Source: an uncultured Actinomycetes bacterium
GTDB lineage: Bacteria; Actinomycetota; Thermoleophilia; Gaiellales; Gaiellaceae
Assembly: GCA_963847475.1 (NCBI GenBank)
Contig: CAWJZZ010000009.1
Location: 88,038 to 152,037 of the forward strand
Direction: 5' to 3'
DNA: 64,000 nt
Below the pieces are notes generated by a model. It was not told the origin of the DNA. It did no database searches and was given only the letters and a program-made list of their open reading frames with translations. This document shows positions 1 to 8,253 of the stretch, piece by piece (within the stretch, counting starts at the first letter, position 1; every line of letters begins with the position of its first letter). Position numbers and translations under genes: made by a program.

Positions 1-763
1 ACGCGATCACGAATTCGTTCAGCGTGAAGACGAAGGAGATCAGCGCGACGACCACGAGTACAGGCGCGGCGAGCGGAAGGATCACGCCCCAGAAGATCTG
101 GGACGCAGTGGCGCCGTCGACGCGTGCGGACTCGTCGAGCTCCTTCGGGATCGTGTCGAAGAAGCCCTTCATCAGCCACGTCTGAACGCCCATCGCGCCG
201 CCGAGGTAGACGACGATCACGGCCAGCAGCGAGTTCAGCGAGAGCGGACGGAAGATCCCGCCGACGTTCAGCATCAGCAGGTAGATGGCCGCCACGGCGA
301 CGATCTGCGGGAACATCTGGATCAAGAGCAGGGCGACCATCCCCATCCGTCGGCCTTTGAACCGGAAGCGGCTGAACGCGTACGCGGCGAGCGCACCGAG
401 CATCGTCGAGAAGAACGCGGTCACCCCGGCGACGATCATCGAGTTGATCACCCATTTGACGTATGGGGCGTCGGCCTTGCCACCGCCGCTCGTCGACACG
501 TTGTTGTGCAGCAGGTTCCCGAAGTTGTGCAGGGTGACGTGCGTCGGGATGATCTGTGCGCCCGAGAGCGTGTTGTCGCGGTTGAACGCCGACGAGACGA
601 TGAAGACGACCGGGAAGAGCGCGACCGCGACCGCGATCAGCGCGACCAGATGCCGCCACCAGTTGCCCCGGAGCGTCGGCCGCCGCGGCTTGCGGATGCG
701 CGTCCCGCTCTGGGCGCCGACCTGGGCGAGGTTCTGGCCGACTTCGGCTTCGCCGGTCGTCAT
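1..763 (-). CDS. ABC sugar-transporter permease, MalG-like (C-terminus lies beyond window start)
   Basis: Not in ORF track (no stop inside window). Reverse-strand reading from ATG at 763 gives MTTGEAEVGQNLAQ...WWRHLVALIAVAVALFPVVF... and later ...DESARVDGATASQIFWGVILPLAAPVLVVVALISFVFTLNEFVIA (EAA-type permease loop). ATGA start/stop overlap with the upstream permease. Confidence 0.85.
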   Translation of the reverse strand, partial: MTTGEAEVGQNLAQVGAQSGTRIRKPRRPTLRGNWWRHLVALIAVAVALFPVVFIVSSAFNRDNTLSGAQIIPTHVTLHNFGNLLHNNVSTSGGGKADAPYVKWVINSMIVAGVTAFFSTMLGALAAYAFSRFRFKGRRMGMVALLLIQMFPQIVAVAAIYLLMLNVGGIFRPLSLNSLLAVIVVYLGGAMGVQTWLMKGFFDTIPKELDESARVDGATASQIFWGVILPLAAPVLVVVALISFVFTLNEFVIA

Positions 764-2379
764 GCCAGGTTCTCCAGAGACTTCGAGCGGTAGAAGAGCG
801 TGCCCGAGATGGCGGCCACGATGAAGAAGATGATGATCGCCACCGCGCTTGCGAGGGCGAAGTCCTGCCCCTTGCCGGTCGCGATCGCGAGCTTGTAGGT
901 GTACGTGATCAGGATGTCGGTCGACCCTGCAACCGAGGAGTCACCCGTGTAGGGCCCACCCTGGGTGAGGAAGTAGATGTTGCCGAAGTTGTTGAAGTTG
1001 AACGCGAACGAGGCGATCATCAGCGGCGCCACGGCGACGAGCAGGAGCGGCAGCGTCACGCGCCTGAAGATCGCCCACGCCCCGCCGCCGTCGACCCGGG
1101 CTGCCTCGGTCAGCTCTTGCGGAATCGACTGCAGCGCGCCGAGTGAGACGAGGAAGAAGTACGGCGTGGTCAACCAGATGCTGACCATGATCACCGAGAG
1201 GCGCGCCCAGTTCGCGTCGAACAGCCACGGCACGTGGATGTGGAAGAGATGGTTGATGATCCCGAAGTCGTCGTTCAACAGGCCGGCCCAGACCAGCAGG
1301 CCGAGAAACCCTGGGATCGCCCAGGGGATGATGATCGCCGAGCGGTAGAAGCGCTGAAAGCGAAGCGAGTGCTTGTCGAGCGTGATCGCCAGGAAGAGAC
1401 CGAGCGCGAACGCACCGAGCACGACGATCGTCGCGTAGGCGAAGGTCCAGACGAAGATCTTCAGGAACGGCGTCCGGTACAGCGGATCGTTCGCGAGTTT
1501 CCCGAAGTTGTGGAAGCCGATGAAGGTCTTCCAGCCGGGCTCCAGCTCGTCCTTGGCGTTCGCTGCCGAGACGAACGACCCGCGACCGTCGTCCTTGAAG
1601 ACGACACCGTCGCTGATGCGGACGAACTCGTTCTTCGCCGCGTCGTACCGCAGCGTCGGCTGGAGCTCGACCGCCTGGGCGACGCCTTGGGCCTGGATCG
1701 CGGCGTCTCCATGAGTCGGGATCCGGAGCGCCTGGAGCTCGGTGTCGAGGGTGAAGAGCTCGGCTCCCTTGATCAGCTTGTAGCCCTTGGCCGACGTCGG
1801 CTGGCCCGTGTCCGACAGCGTCACGTCTTGCTTCTCGAGCGGCGTCAGGCCCTTCTTGGTGCCGACGAAGACGGCTCCGGACGCGTCGTCGTGGAGGATC
1901 AGGACGAGCTTGCCCGAGTCGTCGCGCGCGGGGGCGATCTCATACTGCTTCCCGTTCTCCGGAGGTTGGAGCGAGTTGATCTTGATCGCGTCGATCGCGG
2001 CCGCCTTGCTGATCACGTGGCCCGTCGAGTAGTTCGAGAACGCGATCTCGATCGTGTAGATGATCGGCACGACCTGGAAGGCGAGCAGGAAGACGGTGCC
2101 CGGGATCAGGAACTTCAGCGGCAGCGTCCACCGTCTGGGCAGCAGGTAGACCACGTCGATCGCCGCGGTCGCGGCGATCAGGAGCGGCAGCGCGACCCAG
2201 TGGTGCCGCGAGGCCAGGACGTACGCGGCCCAGATCGCGAGTGCGTTCACGACCGCGAGCAGGACGACCTTGATGATCAGCCCGGGGAGCCCCGAGAATG
2301 CCGCGATCGCGCGAGGGATCACTCCCGGCTTGAAGGGCGCCGGGAGGTTCGCGGGAGTCGGGGCGACGTTCGTGCTCAC
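760..2379 (-). CDS. ABC sugar-transporter permease, MalF-like
   Basis: 539-aa ORF; multiple TM segments, large extracytoplasmic loop, EAA-type loop LTEAARVDGGGAWAIFRRVTLPLLLVAVAPLMIASFAFNFNNF; sits between binding protein and second permease on same strand. Confidence 0.9.
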   Translation of the reverse strand: MSTNVAPTPANLPAPFKPGVIPRAIAAFSGLPGLIIKVVLLAVVNALAIWAAYVLASRHHWVALPLLIAATAAIDVVYLLPRRWTLPLKFLIPGTVFLLAFQVVPIIYTIEIAFSNYSTGHVISKAAAIDAIKINSLQPPENGKQYEIAPARDDSGKLVLILHDDASGAVFVGTKKGLTPLEKQDVTLSDTGQPTSAKGYKLIKGAELFTLDTELQALRIPTHGDAAIQAQGVAQAVELQPTLRYDAAKNEFVRISDGVVFKDDGRGSFVSAANAKDELEPGWKTFIGFHNFGKLANDPLYRTPFLKIFVWTFAYATIVVLGAFALGLFLAITLDKHSLRFQRFYRSAIIIPWAIPGFLGLLVWAGLLNDDFGIINHLFHIHVPWLFDANWARLSVIMVSIWLTTPYFFLVSLGALQSIPQELTEAARVDGGGAWAIFRRVTLPLLLVAVAPLMIASFAFNFNNFGNIYFLTQGGPYTGDSSVAGSTDILITYTYKLAIATGKGQDFALASAVAIIIFFIVAAISGTLFYRSKSLENLA

Positions 2380-2433
2380 GGTGGCGGTGGGAGGAGACGG
2401 CGGGCGCCCGAAGGCGCCCGCCGGTGCTGCGAA

Positions 2434-3666
2434 CTAACCGATTTTCGCGGCGATGCTGCGTGCCGCGGCCTTGAACGACTTGGCCGCGGTCATCGAGCCG
2501 CTGCCCTTCGTCGAGCGAACCCATGCCTGGCCGAGATCGCTCCAGACCGAGTTCATCTGCGGGATGTTCGGCATCGGGACGCCGCCCTTCGACGCCAACG
2601 AGAACTGCGCGAGGACCGGGTCGCCCGACCTCGCCTTGGCGTTCGCCGGGGGGCGACCGTTCGCCGCAGCGAGCTGCGTCTGGGCCGACGGGGTCGCCAT
2701 GAAGTTCGTGACGAGGTCCTTGGCGGCCGAATCGACGCCGTGGACAGTGGCGAACTTCGTGACCATGAAGCCCTGCACGCCCAGGAACGGAACGGACGCC
2801 TTCACGATCGCGGGCATCTGGATGACCTTGAACGCCAGGCCGCTCTTCTTGAGCGTGTCGGCATTCCACGGGCCCGTGATCCAGAACGCCGTCTGTCCCT
2901 TGAGGAACGCGTTCTGAGCCGCCGCGCCGTCGACCTTGGAGCTGATCAGGCCTTCCTTGTTCCACTTGTCGACGAGACTGGCGTTCTTGAGGAAGGCCGG
3001 GTTGGCCACGCCGATGTCCGACGGGTCGAGGTTGCCGGCCTTGTTGGTGCCGAAGATGTAGCCGCCGAGGCCCGAGAAGAACGGGTACATGTGGTACGCG
3101 TCTCCACCTGAGCCCTGCTGGACGGCGATGCCGAACGTCTGGTGCTTCGCCTTCTTGACCTTCAGCGCCTCGCTCTCGAGCTGCGAGAACGTCGTCGGCA
3201 CCTTCGCGAGCTTCGTGTTGACGACGAGGCCGATGTTCTCGACCGATGTCGGCACGCCGTACAGCTTCTTGATCGCCGTCCCGTACGAGAAGGCGTTCAG
3301 GGTGTACGTCGGGAAGCTCGTCCGCGTCGCGCTTGAGAGGAAGATCGGCTCGACCAGGCCGTTTGCTGCCAGCTGGCCGGTCCAGTCGTGCGCGGCGGTG
3401 ATCACGTCCGGAGCGTCCGCGGCAGCGACGGTGCCGAGGTTGTCGCGGATGTCGCCGAAGTTCTTGGTCACGACCTTGATGGTCGCGCCGCTGGAGGCGG
3501 CCCAGTCGTTCGCGACCTTGGTGACGGCGGCCGCGCGATCCTGATCGGTCCAGATCACGATTGTCGGCCCCGCCTTGTGGGACGCCACCGCCGACGTGGC
3601 GGCAACTGCGGCGATCGCTGAGACGACGCCGATCAGCGCCCACATGCGCTTGAGCGAATTCTGCAT
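2434..3666 (-). CDS. ABC sugar-transporter substrate-binding protein (family-1 solute-binding, MalE-like)
   Basis: 410 aa; N-terminal signal peptide MWALIGVVSAIAAVAATSAVA; solute-binding-protein-like composition; first gene of the permease operon. Confidence 0.9.
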   Translation of the reverse strand: MQNSLKRMWALIGVVSAIAAVAATSAVASHKAGPTIVIWTDQDRAAAVTKVANDWAASSGATIKVVTKNFGDIRDNLGTVAAADAPDVITAAHDWTGQLAANGLVEPIFLSSATRTSFPTYTLNAFSYGTAIKKLYGVPTSVENIGLVVNTKLAKVPTTFSQLESEALKVKKAKHQTFGIAVQQGSGGDAYHMYPFFSGLGGYIFGTNKAGNLDPSDIGVANPAFLKNASLVDKWNKEGLISSKVDGAAAQNAFLKGQTAFWITGPWNADTLKKSGLAFKVIQMPAIVKASVPFLGVQGFMVTKFATVHGVDSAAKDLVTNFMATPSAQTQLAAANGRPPANAKARSGDPVLAQFSLASKGGVPMPNIPQMNSVWSDLGQAWVRSTKGSGSMTAAKSFKAAARSIAAKIG

Positions 3667-3845
3667 CTACAACCCTTCCATGCTCGGAATCAGTCGGGCC
3701 GGCTGGGGGCAGGCACCCTGTCGCGCGGGAGTGTATTGCGGAACCAGCCCGAACCGCAATGGCCGGATCCCGGATCTCGATCCGTAGATCTCACGGATCC
3801 CTGGTTGAAAGATATTCAGGTATGCAGACCCGCCAGCCGGTGCGC

Positions 3846-3851
3846 TAGGCT
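3846..3851 (+). promoter_or_regulatory. Candidate -10 box TAGGCT 8 nt upstream of gabT ATG (possible leaderless transcript)
   Basis: TAGGCT fits actinobacterial TANNNT; no Shine-Dalgarno between it and ATG 3860; the same hexamer opens the ppa/glnA2 shared leader. -35 is weak. Confidence 0.3.
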
Positions 3852-3859
3852 CGCTGCTG

Positions 3860-5173
3860 ATGGCTGCGACCCGCACGATCGAGCTGAGAACCGAGGTGCC
3901 AGGCCCGCGCTCGCGCGAGGTGCTCGCGCGGCTCGACGCGAGCGTCGCCGCGCCACTCCAGATCACGTTCCCGCTGGTTGCCGCCGAGGCGCGCGGCGCC
4001 ACGATCACCGACGTCGACGGCAATGTCTTCATCGACTTCGCAGGCGGTGTCGGCTGCCTGAACGTGGGGCATGCGCATCCGCACGTGGTCGCCGCGGCGA
4101 TCGAGCAGCTGGAGCGGTTCTCGCACACGGACTACACCGTCGTGCCCTACGAGGTCTACGCGACGCTGTCCGAGCGGCTCCTTCGCCTCGCCCCCTTCAC
4201 CGGGCCGGCCAAGGCAGCGTTCTTCAACGCCGGCACCGAAGCGGTCGAGAACGCCGTCAAGTTTGCGCGCGCGTACACAGGCCGTCACGCGGTGATCGGC
4301 TTCGAAGGCGCGTTCCACGGTCGCACCTACCTGTCGCTCGCCCTCACCTCGAAGACGCATCCCTACAAGGCCGGTCTCGGCCCGTTCGCGCCCGAGGTCT
4401 ACCGCGTGCCGTTCCCGAACCCGTTCCGCGGCCCGACACCGGAGCAGGCGCTCGCAGCGCTCCGGCGTGCCTTCTCGACGCTGGTCGCCGCCGAGGATGT
4501 CGCAGCGATCGTCTTCGAGCCGGTGCAGGGGGAAGGCGGTTTCATCCCGGCGGCGCCCGAGTTCGTCCACGGCCTCCGCCAGATCTGTGACGAGCACGGC
4601 ATCGTGCTCGTCTGCGACGAGGTGCAGAGCGGCTTCGCACGCACCGGCAAGTTCTTCGCGATCGAGCACTTCGGCGTCGAGCCCGATCTGATCACCGTCG
4701 CCAAGTCGATCGCGATGGGGCTGCCGCTGTCGGGTGTGCTCGGCAAGGCCGCGATCATGGACGCGCCGGTTCCCGGCGGCGTCGGCGGGACGTACGTCGG
4801 CAACCCGGTGGCGCAGGCTGCGGCCGTCGCGGTGCTGGATGTGATCGAGGAGGAAGGGCTCGTCGCCCGGTCGGCTGCGATCGGCGAGACGATGCGCGCC
4901 CGGATGGAAGGCTGGCAGCAGCGCTGGCCGCAGATCGGGGACGTGCGCGGCCTCGGTGCGATGCTCGCGATCGAGTTGGTCGAAGGCGACTCGGAGCCGG
5001 CGACCGAGCTTGCCTCCCGCGTCGTCGCGGAGGCGTTGTCGCGCGGCCTGCTGCTTCTGAAGGCAGGCGTCGCGGGCAATTGCATCCGTGTGCTCGTGCC
5101 GCTCGTGATCTCGGATGCGGAGCTCGACGAGGCGCTCCACGTCTGGGAAGACGCGCTCGTGGCCGCGCTGTAG
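3860..5173 (+). CDS. gabT: Class-III PLP aminotransferase, 4-aminobutyrate aminotransferase-like
   Basis: 437 aa; DEVQSGFARTGKFFAIEHFGVEPDLITVAKSIAMGLPLSGV (Schiff-base Lys region), GGTYVGNPVA; overall GabT-like layout. Confidence 0.88.
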   Translation: MAATRTIELRTEVPGPRSREVLARLDASVAAPLQITFPLVAAEARGATITDVDGNVFIDFAGGVGCLNVGHAHPHVVAAAIEQLERFSHTDYTVVPYEVYATLSERLLRLAPFTGPAKAAFFNAGTEAVENAVKFARAYTGRHAVIGFEGAFHGRTYLSLALTSKTHPYKAGLGPFAPEVYRVPFPNPFRGPTPEQALAALRRAFSTLVAAEDVAAIVFEPVQGEGGFIPAAPEFVHGLRQICDEHGIVLVCDEVQSGFARTGKFFAIEHFGVEPDLITVAKSIAMGLPLSGVLGKAAIMDAPVPGGVGGTYVGNPVAQAAAVAVLDVIEEEGLVARSAAIGETMRARMEGWQQRWPQIGDVRGLGAMLAIELVEGDSEPATELASRVVAEALSRGLLLLKAGVAGNCIRVLVPLVISDAELDEALHVWEDALVAAL

Positions 5174-5205
5174 CTCCTCCGCGGAGGGAGTACCCTCACC
5201 GGCGG

Positions 5206-6630
5206 ATGGTCGGCCAGGTGCTTTCAGGCCGTTACGAGCTCGAGGAGCTCGTCGGGACCGGGGGAATGTCGAGCGTCTACCGGGCGCACGACCGGTTGCT
5301 GGACCGCAAGGTCGCGCTGAAGGTGCTCCACGAGCACTACGGCTCCGACGAGGCGCAGGTCGAACGGTTCCGCCGCGAGGCGCGGGCCGTCGCCACGCTG
5401 TCGCATCCGAACATCGTCGCCGTGATCGACCGCGGGGAGCACGAGGGCCGGCAGTTCATCGTCTTCGAGTACGTCGACGGGGAGAACCTGAAGCGGTTGC
5501 TCGAGCGCGAGGGGCCTCTGCCGGTCGCAACTGCGCTCGAGCTGGTGATCCAGATCGCGCAGGCACTCTCGTTCGCGCACGGCCAGGGTCTCGTCCACCG
5601 GGACGTCAAGCCGCAGAACGTGCTCCTGAACGGAGACGGCGCCGCGAAGGTGACCGACTTCGGGATCGCCCGCTCGCTCGACGTGCAACACGGCATGACG
5701 CAGACCGGGACGGTGCTCGGCACGTCCGACTACATCGCGCCCGAGCAGGCGCAAGGCCGGCGGGTCGACGAGCACTCGGACATCTACTCGCTCGGGGTCG
5801 TGCTCTACGAGCTTCTGACCAGCAAGGTGCCGTTTCCGGGTGAGAACTTCGTCGCGGTTGCGATGCGCCACATCAACGAGCCGCCCCCGTCGGTCCTGGT
5901 CGAACGCCCGGATGTGCCGGCACGGGTCGATGCCGCCCTACAGGTGGCGATGGCGAAGGATCCCGACGACCGCTGGCCGACGATGGCCGCGTTCTGTGCC
6001 GAGCTCGAGGGCTGCTTGCGCGAGCTCCGGCCCGACGAGGAAGGGACGCAGATCATCGCGCCGCTCCCGGGCCCTCGCCGGCACCGAAGTGGGCCGTCGC
6101 CGTGGCCGGTGCTCGCGGCGATCGTCGCGCTGCTGGCGATCGGCGCAGTCGTCGCGGCCCTCGTCCTGACGGGCCACTCACCGGGCGGCGGCAGCGGTGC
6201 GACGACGGGCGGCGCGCCGATCCACCTGATCGCGACCACGGCGTACGACCCGTACGGGACGGGTGGCGAGCACGACGAGCTCGCGCACTACGCCACCGAC
6301 GGCAACGCACAGACCTTCTGGAAGACCGAGCACTACGACGACGCGCCCAGCCTGGCCGGCAAGCCCGGCGTCGGGCTCGTGCTCGACCCGGGCCGCACGG
6401 TCGCTCTGCACGACGTACGGATCACGACGTCGACCCCGGGGTTCGTTGCGGTGATCAAGGGCGGCAACTCGCCAAGCTCGTTCACCCAGGACGTGTCCGC
6501 CTCGCAGACCGTGGCCGGGGCGACGCGCTTCACCGTCTCCGGTGGCCCGTTTCGCTACTACGAGCTCTGGATCACGCGGCTCGGCACGGGCTTCATCGAC
6601 GCTCGGGTCAACGAGGTCACCGCAACCTGA
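5206..6630 (+). CDS. Ser/Thr protein kinase with single TM and discoidin-like extracellular domain
   Basis: Track ORF starts at 5080 but the Arg-rich lead-in is implausible; ATG 5206 follows GGAGGGAG. Hanks motifs GTGGMSSVY, HRDVKPQNVLL, DFGIARS, SDYIAPEQ; TM WPVLAAIVALLAIGAVVAALVL; C-terminal ~130 aa (NAQTFWKTEHYDD...GVGLVLD...YYELWITRL) resembles an F5/8-type-C-like module (inference). Confidence 0.85.
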   Translation: MVGQVLSGRYELEELVGTGGMSSVYRAHDRLLDRKVALKVLHEHYGSDEAQVERFRREARAVATLSHPNIVAVIDRGEHEGRQFIVFEYVDGENLKRLLEREGPLPVATALELVIQIAQALSFAHGQGLVHRDVKPQNVLLNGDGAAKVTDFGIARSLDVQHGMTQTGTVLGTSDYIAPEQAQGRRVDEHSDIYSLGVVLYELLTSKVPFPGENFVAVAMRHINEPPPSVLVERPDVPARVDAALQVAMAKDPDDRWPTMAAFCAELEGCLRELRPDEEGTQIIAPLPGPRRHRSGPSPWPVLAAIVALLAIGAVVAALVLTGHSPGGGSGATTGGAPIHLIATTAYDPYGTGGEHDELAHYATDGNAQTFWKTEHYDDAPSLAGKPGVGLVLDPGRTVALHDVRITTSTPGFVAVIKGGNSPSSFTQDVSASQTVAGATRFTVSGGPFRYYELWITRLGTGFIDARVNEVTAT

Positions 6631-7243
6631 GCGCGTGCCGGAGCGAGACGCTCCGGACGGACTCACCGCGCCTGTGGCCGCGGGTGCTGCTGCGCAGCGG
6701 AAAGTCGTCGGGTTCGATGGTCAGCCGCGCTCGGGGTCGCACCGGGACCTCGCTCACGAGCTCGCGGCTCGACGGCGTAGCGCGGAAGGTCGCACGCGGC
6801 AGCAGGTAGATCGTGCCGGTCGTCCACGAGCGCTCGTCGCCGGGGTCGGACCCGATCGAGAAGATGTACCGCGACGTACCGCCGACGTGCTCGCACCAGT
6901 TGATGTAGCTCTGCGCGACGGGGCGGTTGACGACTGCGAAATACATCGGCCAGATCGCGTCGTCTGACGCGAACACCGCCTCGATCGGCTGCTGGTGCGC
7001 GTCGAGGTTGGCGCGCGTGCGGAACTCCGCGATCGCCGACTCGTTCGAACCGTGCACGAGGAACCCGCGTTCGATCTGATGGTGCAGAAACCACCATTTC
7101 GGCTGCGACAGGCGATAGTCGATGAGCGCGCCGGCCGGCGTGCGAGCGAGCAGCTCGTCGAACGCGGCGCGGTCGTCGGCTTCGAGCGACGGGTGGCGGA
7201 CGACGACCAGCCGCCACGGATTCCAGAACCGGCGGAGCGTCAA
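6617..7243 (-). CDS. Hypothetical protein, translationally coupled to ddl
   Basis: Track ORF (to 7786) overlaps ddl; only in-frame start after the ddl stop is TTG 7243 (TTGA overlap). Non-repetitive sequence (...PKWWFLHHQIERGFLVHGSNESAIAEF...IWPMYFAVVNRPVAQSYINWCEHVGG...) with high GC3. No family recognised; last ~25 aa are Arg-rich and may be read-through. Confidence 0.55.
   Translation of the reverse strand: MTLRRFWNPWRLVVVRHPSLEADDRAAFDELLARTPAGALIDYRLSQPKWWFLHHQIERGFLVHGSNESAIAEFRTRANLDAHQQPIEAVFASDDAIWPMYFAVVNRPVAQSYINWCEHVGGTSRYIFSIGSDPGDERSWTTGTIYLLPRATFRATPSSRELVSEVPVRPRARLTIEPDDFPLRSSTRGHRRGESVRSVSLRHALRLR
6638..6656. other. 8-bp perfect hairpin CCGGAGCG-AGA-CGCTCCGG just 3' of the kinase stop
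   Basis: Read directly; lies 8 nt after the TGA at 6628-6630 and inside the Arg-rich tail of the convergent ORF; no U-tract. Confidence 0.4.
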
Positions 7244-8253
7244 TAGCGCAGGCGGCCGCGCCGGTCGAACCGCTCGACCGCGAGCTCGGCGAGCCGGTCG
7301 AGCAACTCGCCGTACGGCAGACCGGACTCGGTGAAGAGCCGGGCGTAAACGCTCGTGGACGTGAACCCGGGGATCGTGTTCAGCTCGTTGACCAGCACCT
7401 CGCCGTCGGCGCGCACGAACAGATCCGCGCGCGCCATGCCTTCGCAGTCGGTGGCGATGAACGCGCGCACGGCGAGCTCCTGCGCCCGTTCGATCTGCGC
7501 CTCGCTGACCCGTGCCGGGACGATCAGGTCCATCTCTCCCTCGTCGTACTTGGCTTCGAAGTCGTACCACTCGTTGTGTGTGACGACGATCTCGCCCGGC
7601 AGCGACGCGACCGGCTCGCGGTTGCCAAGCACGCCGACCTCGATCTCGGTCCCGTCGACGAATTGCTCGACGAGCACTTTCTCGTCGTGCTCGAACGCGA
7701 GCTGCACGCCGACCCGGAGCTCGGCCTCGTCGTGGGCCTTCGTGATCCCGACGCTCGACCCGAGCCGTGCCGGCTTGACGAAGCACGGGTAGCCGAACGG
7801 GTTCCGGGGCTCGTCGCCGAGTCGCAGAGTGATGTTCTCGGTCACCGGAATCTCGTGGTCGCGAAGCACCGACTTGAAGACGTCCTTGTCCATGCAGAGC
7901 GCCGAGGCGAGCACGCCCGCACCGACGTAGGGCACCCCGGCGAGCTCGAGCAGACCCTGCACCGTCCCGTCCTCGCCGAACGGCCCGTGCAGGACCGGAA
8001 AGACGACGTCGACATCGCTCAGGGTGGTCGCCACCTCGCGGCCAGGTAGCCGCGCGAGGTCCGCGCCTGGTGCTTGTAACAGAGTGTTACTTGGGCGGGG
8101 CTCGAGCGCCCAGCGGCCCTCGCGGTCGATCTCGACGGCGACGACGTCGTTGCCCGCGTCTTCGAGCGCCGCGATCACGCTCGCCGCCGACGCGACCGAG
8201 ATCGGGTGCTCGCTCGACCGGCCGCCCAGGATCACGGCGACACGGCGGCTCAC
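7240..8253 (-). CDS. ddl: D-alanine--D-alanine ligase
   Basis: Within track ORF 7240..9192; start GTG 8253 overlaps pknB stop (GTGA). Motifs VAVILGGRSSEHPISVASA, FPVLHGPFGEDGTVQGLLE, CFVKPARLGSSVGI, VNELNTIPGFTSTSVY. Confidence 0.9.
   Translation of the reverse strand: MSRRVAVILGGRSSEHPISVASAASVIAALEDAGNDVVAVEIDREGRWALEPRPSNTLLQAPGADLARLPGREVATTLSDVDVVFPVLHGPFGEDGTVQGLLELAGVPYVGAGVLASALCMDKDVFKSVLRDHEIPVTENITLRLGDEPRNPFGYPCFVKPARLGSSVGITKAHDEAELRVGVQLAFEHDEKVLVEQFVDGTEIEVGVLGNREPVASLPGEIVVTHNEWYDFEAKYDEGEMDLIVPARVSEAQIERAQELAVRAFIATDCEGMARADLFVRADGEVLVNELNTIPGFTSTSVYARLFTESGLPYGELLDRLAELAVERFDRRGRLRY

Noticed and set aside
1234-5140. Long Arg/Asp/Pro-rich ORFs antisense or out of frame to real genes (e.g. 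1234-3111+, 1940-3643-, 3845-5140-, also 40636-42195-, 43401-44561-, 53096-54724-)
   Set aside because: They have low-complexity composition and no recognisable motifs, and each fully overlaps a gene with clear family signatures. These are typical shadow ORFs of high-GC genomes.
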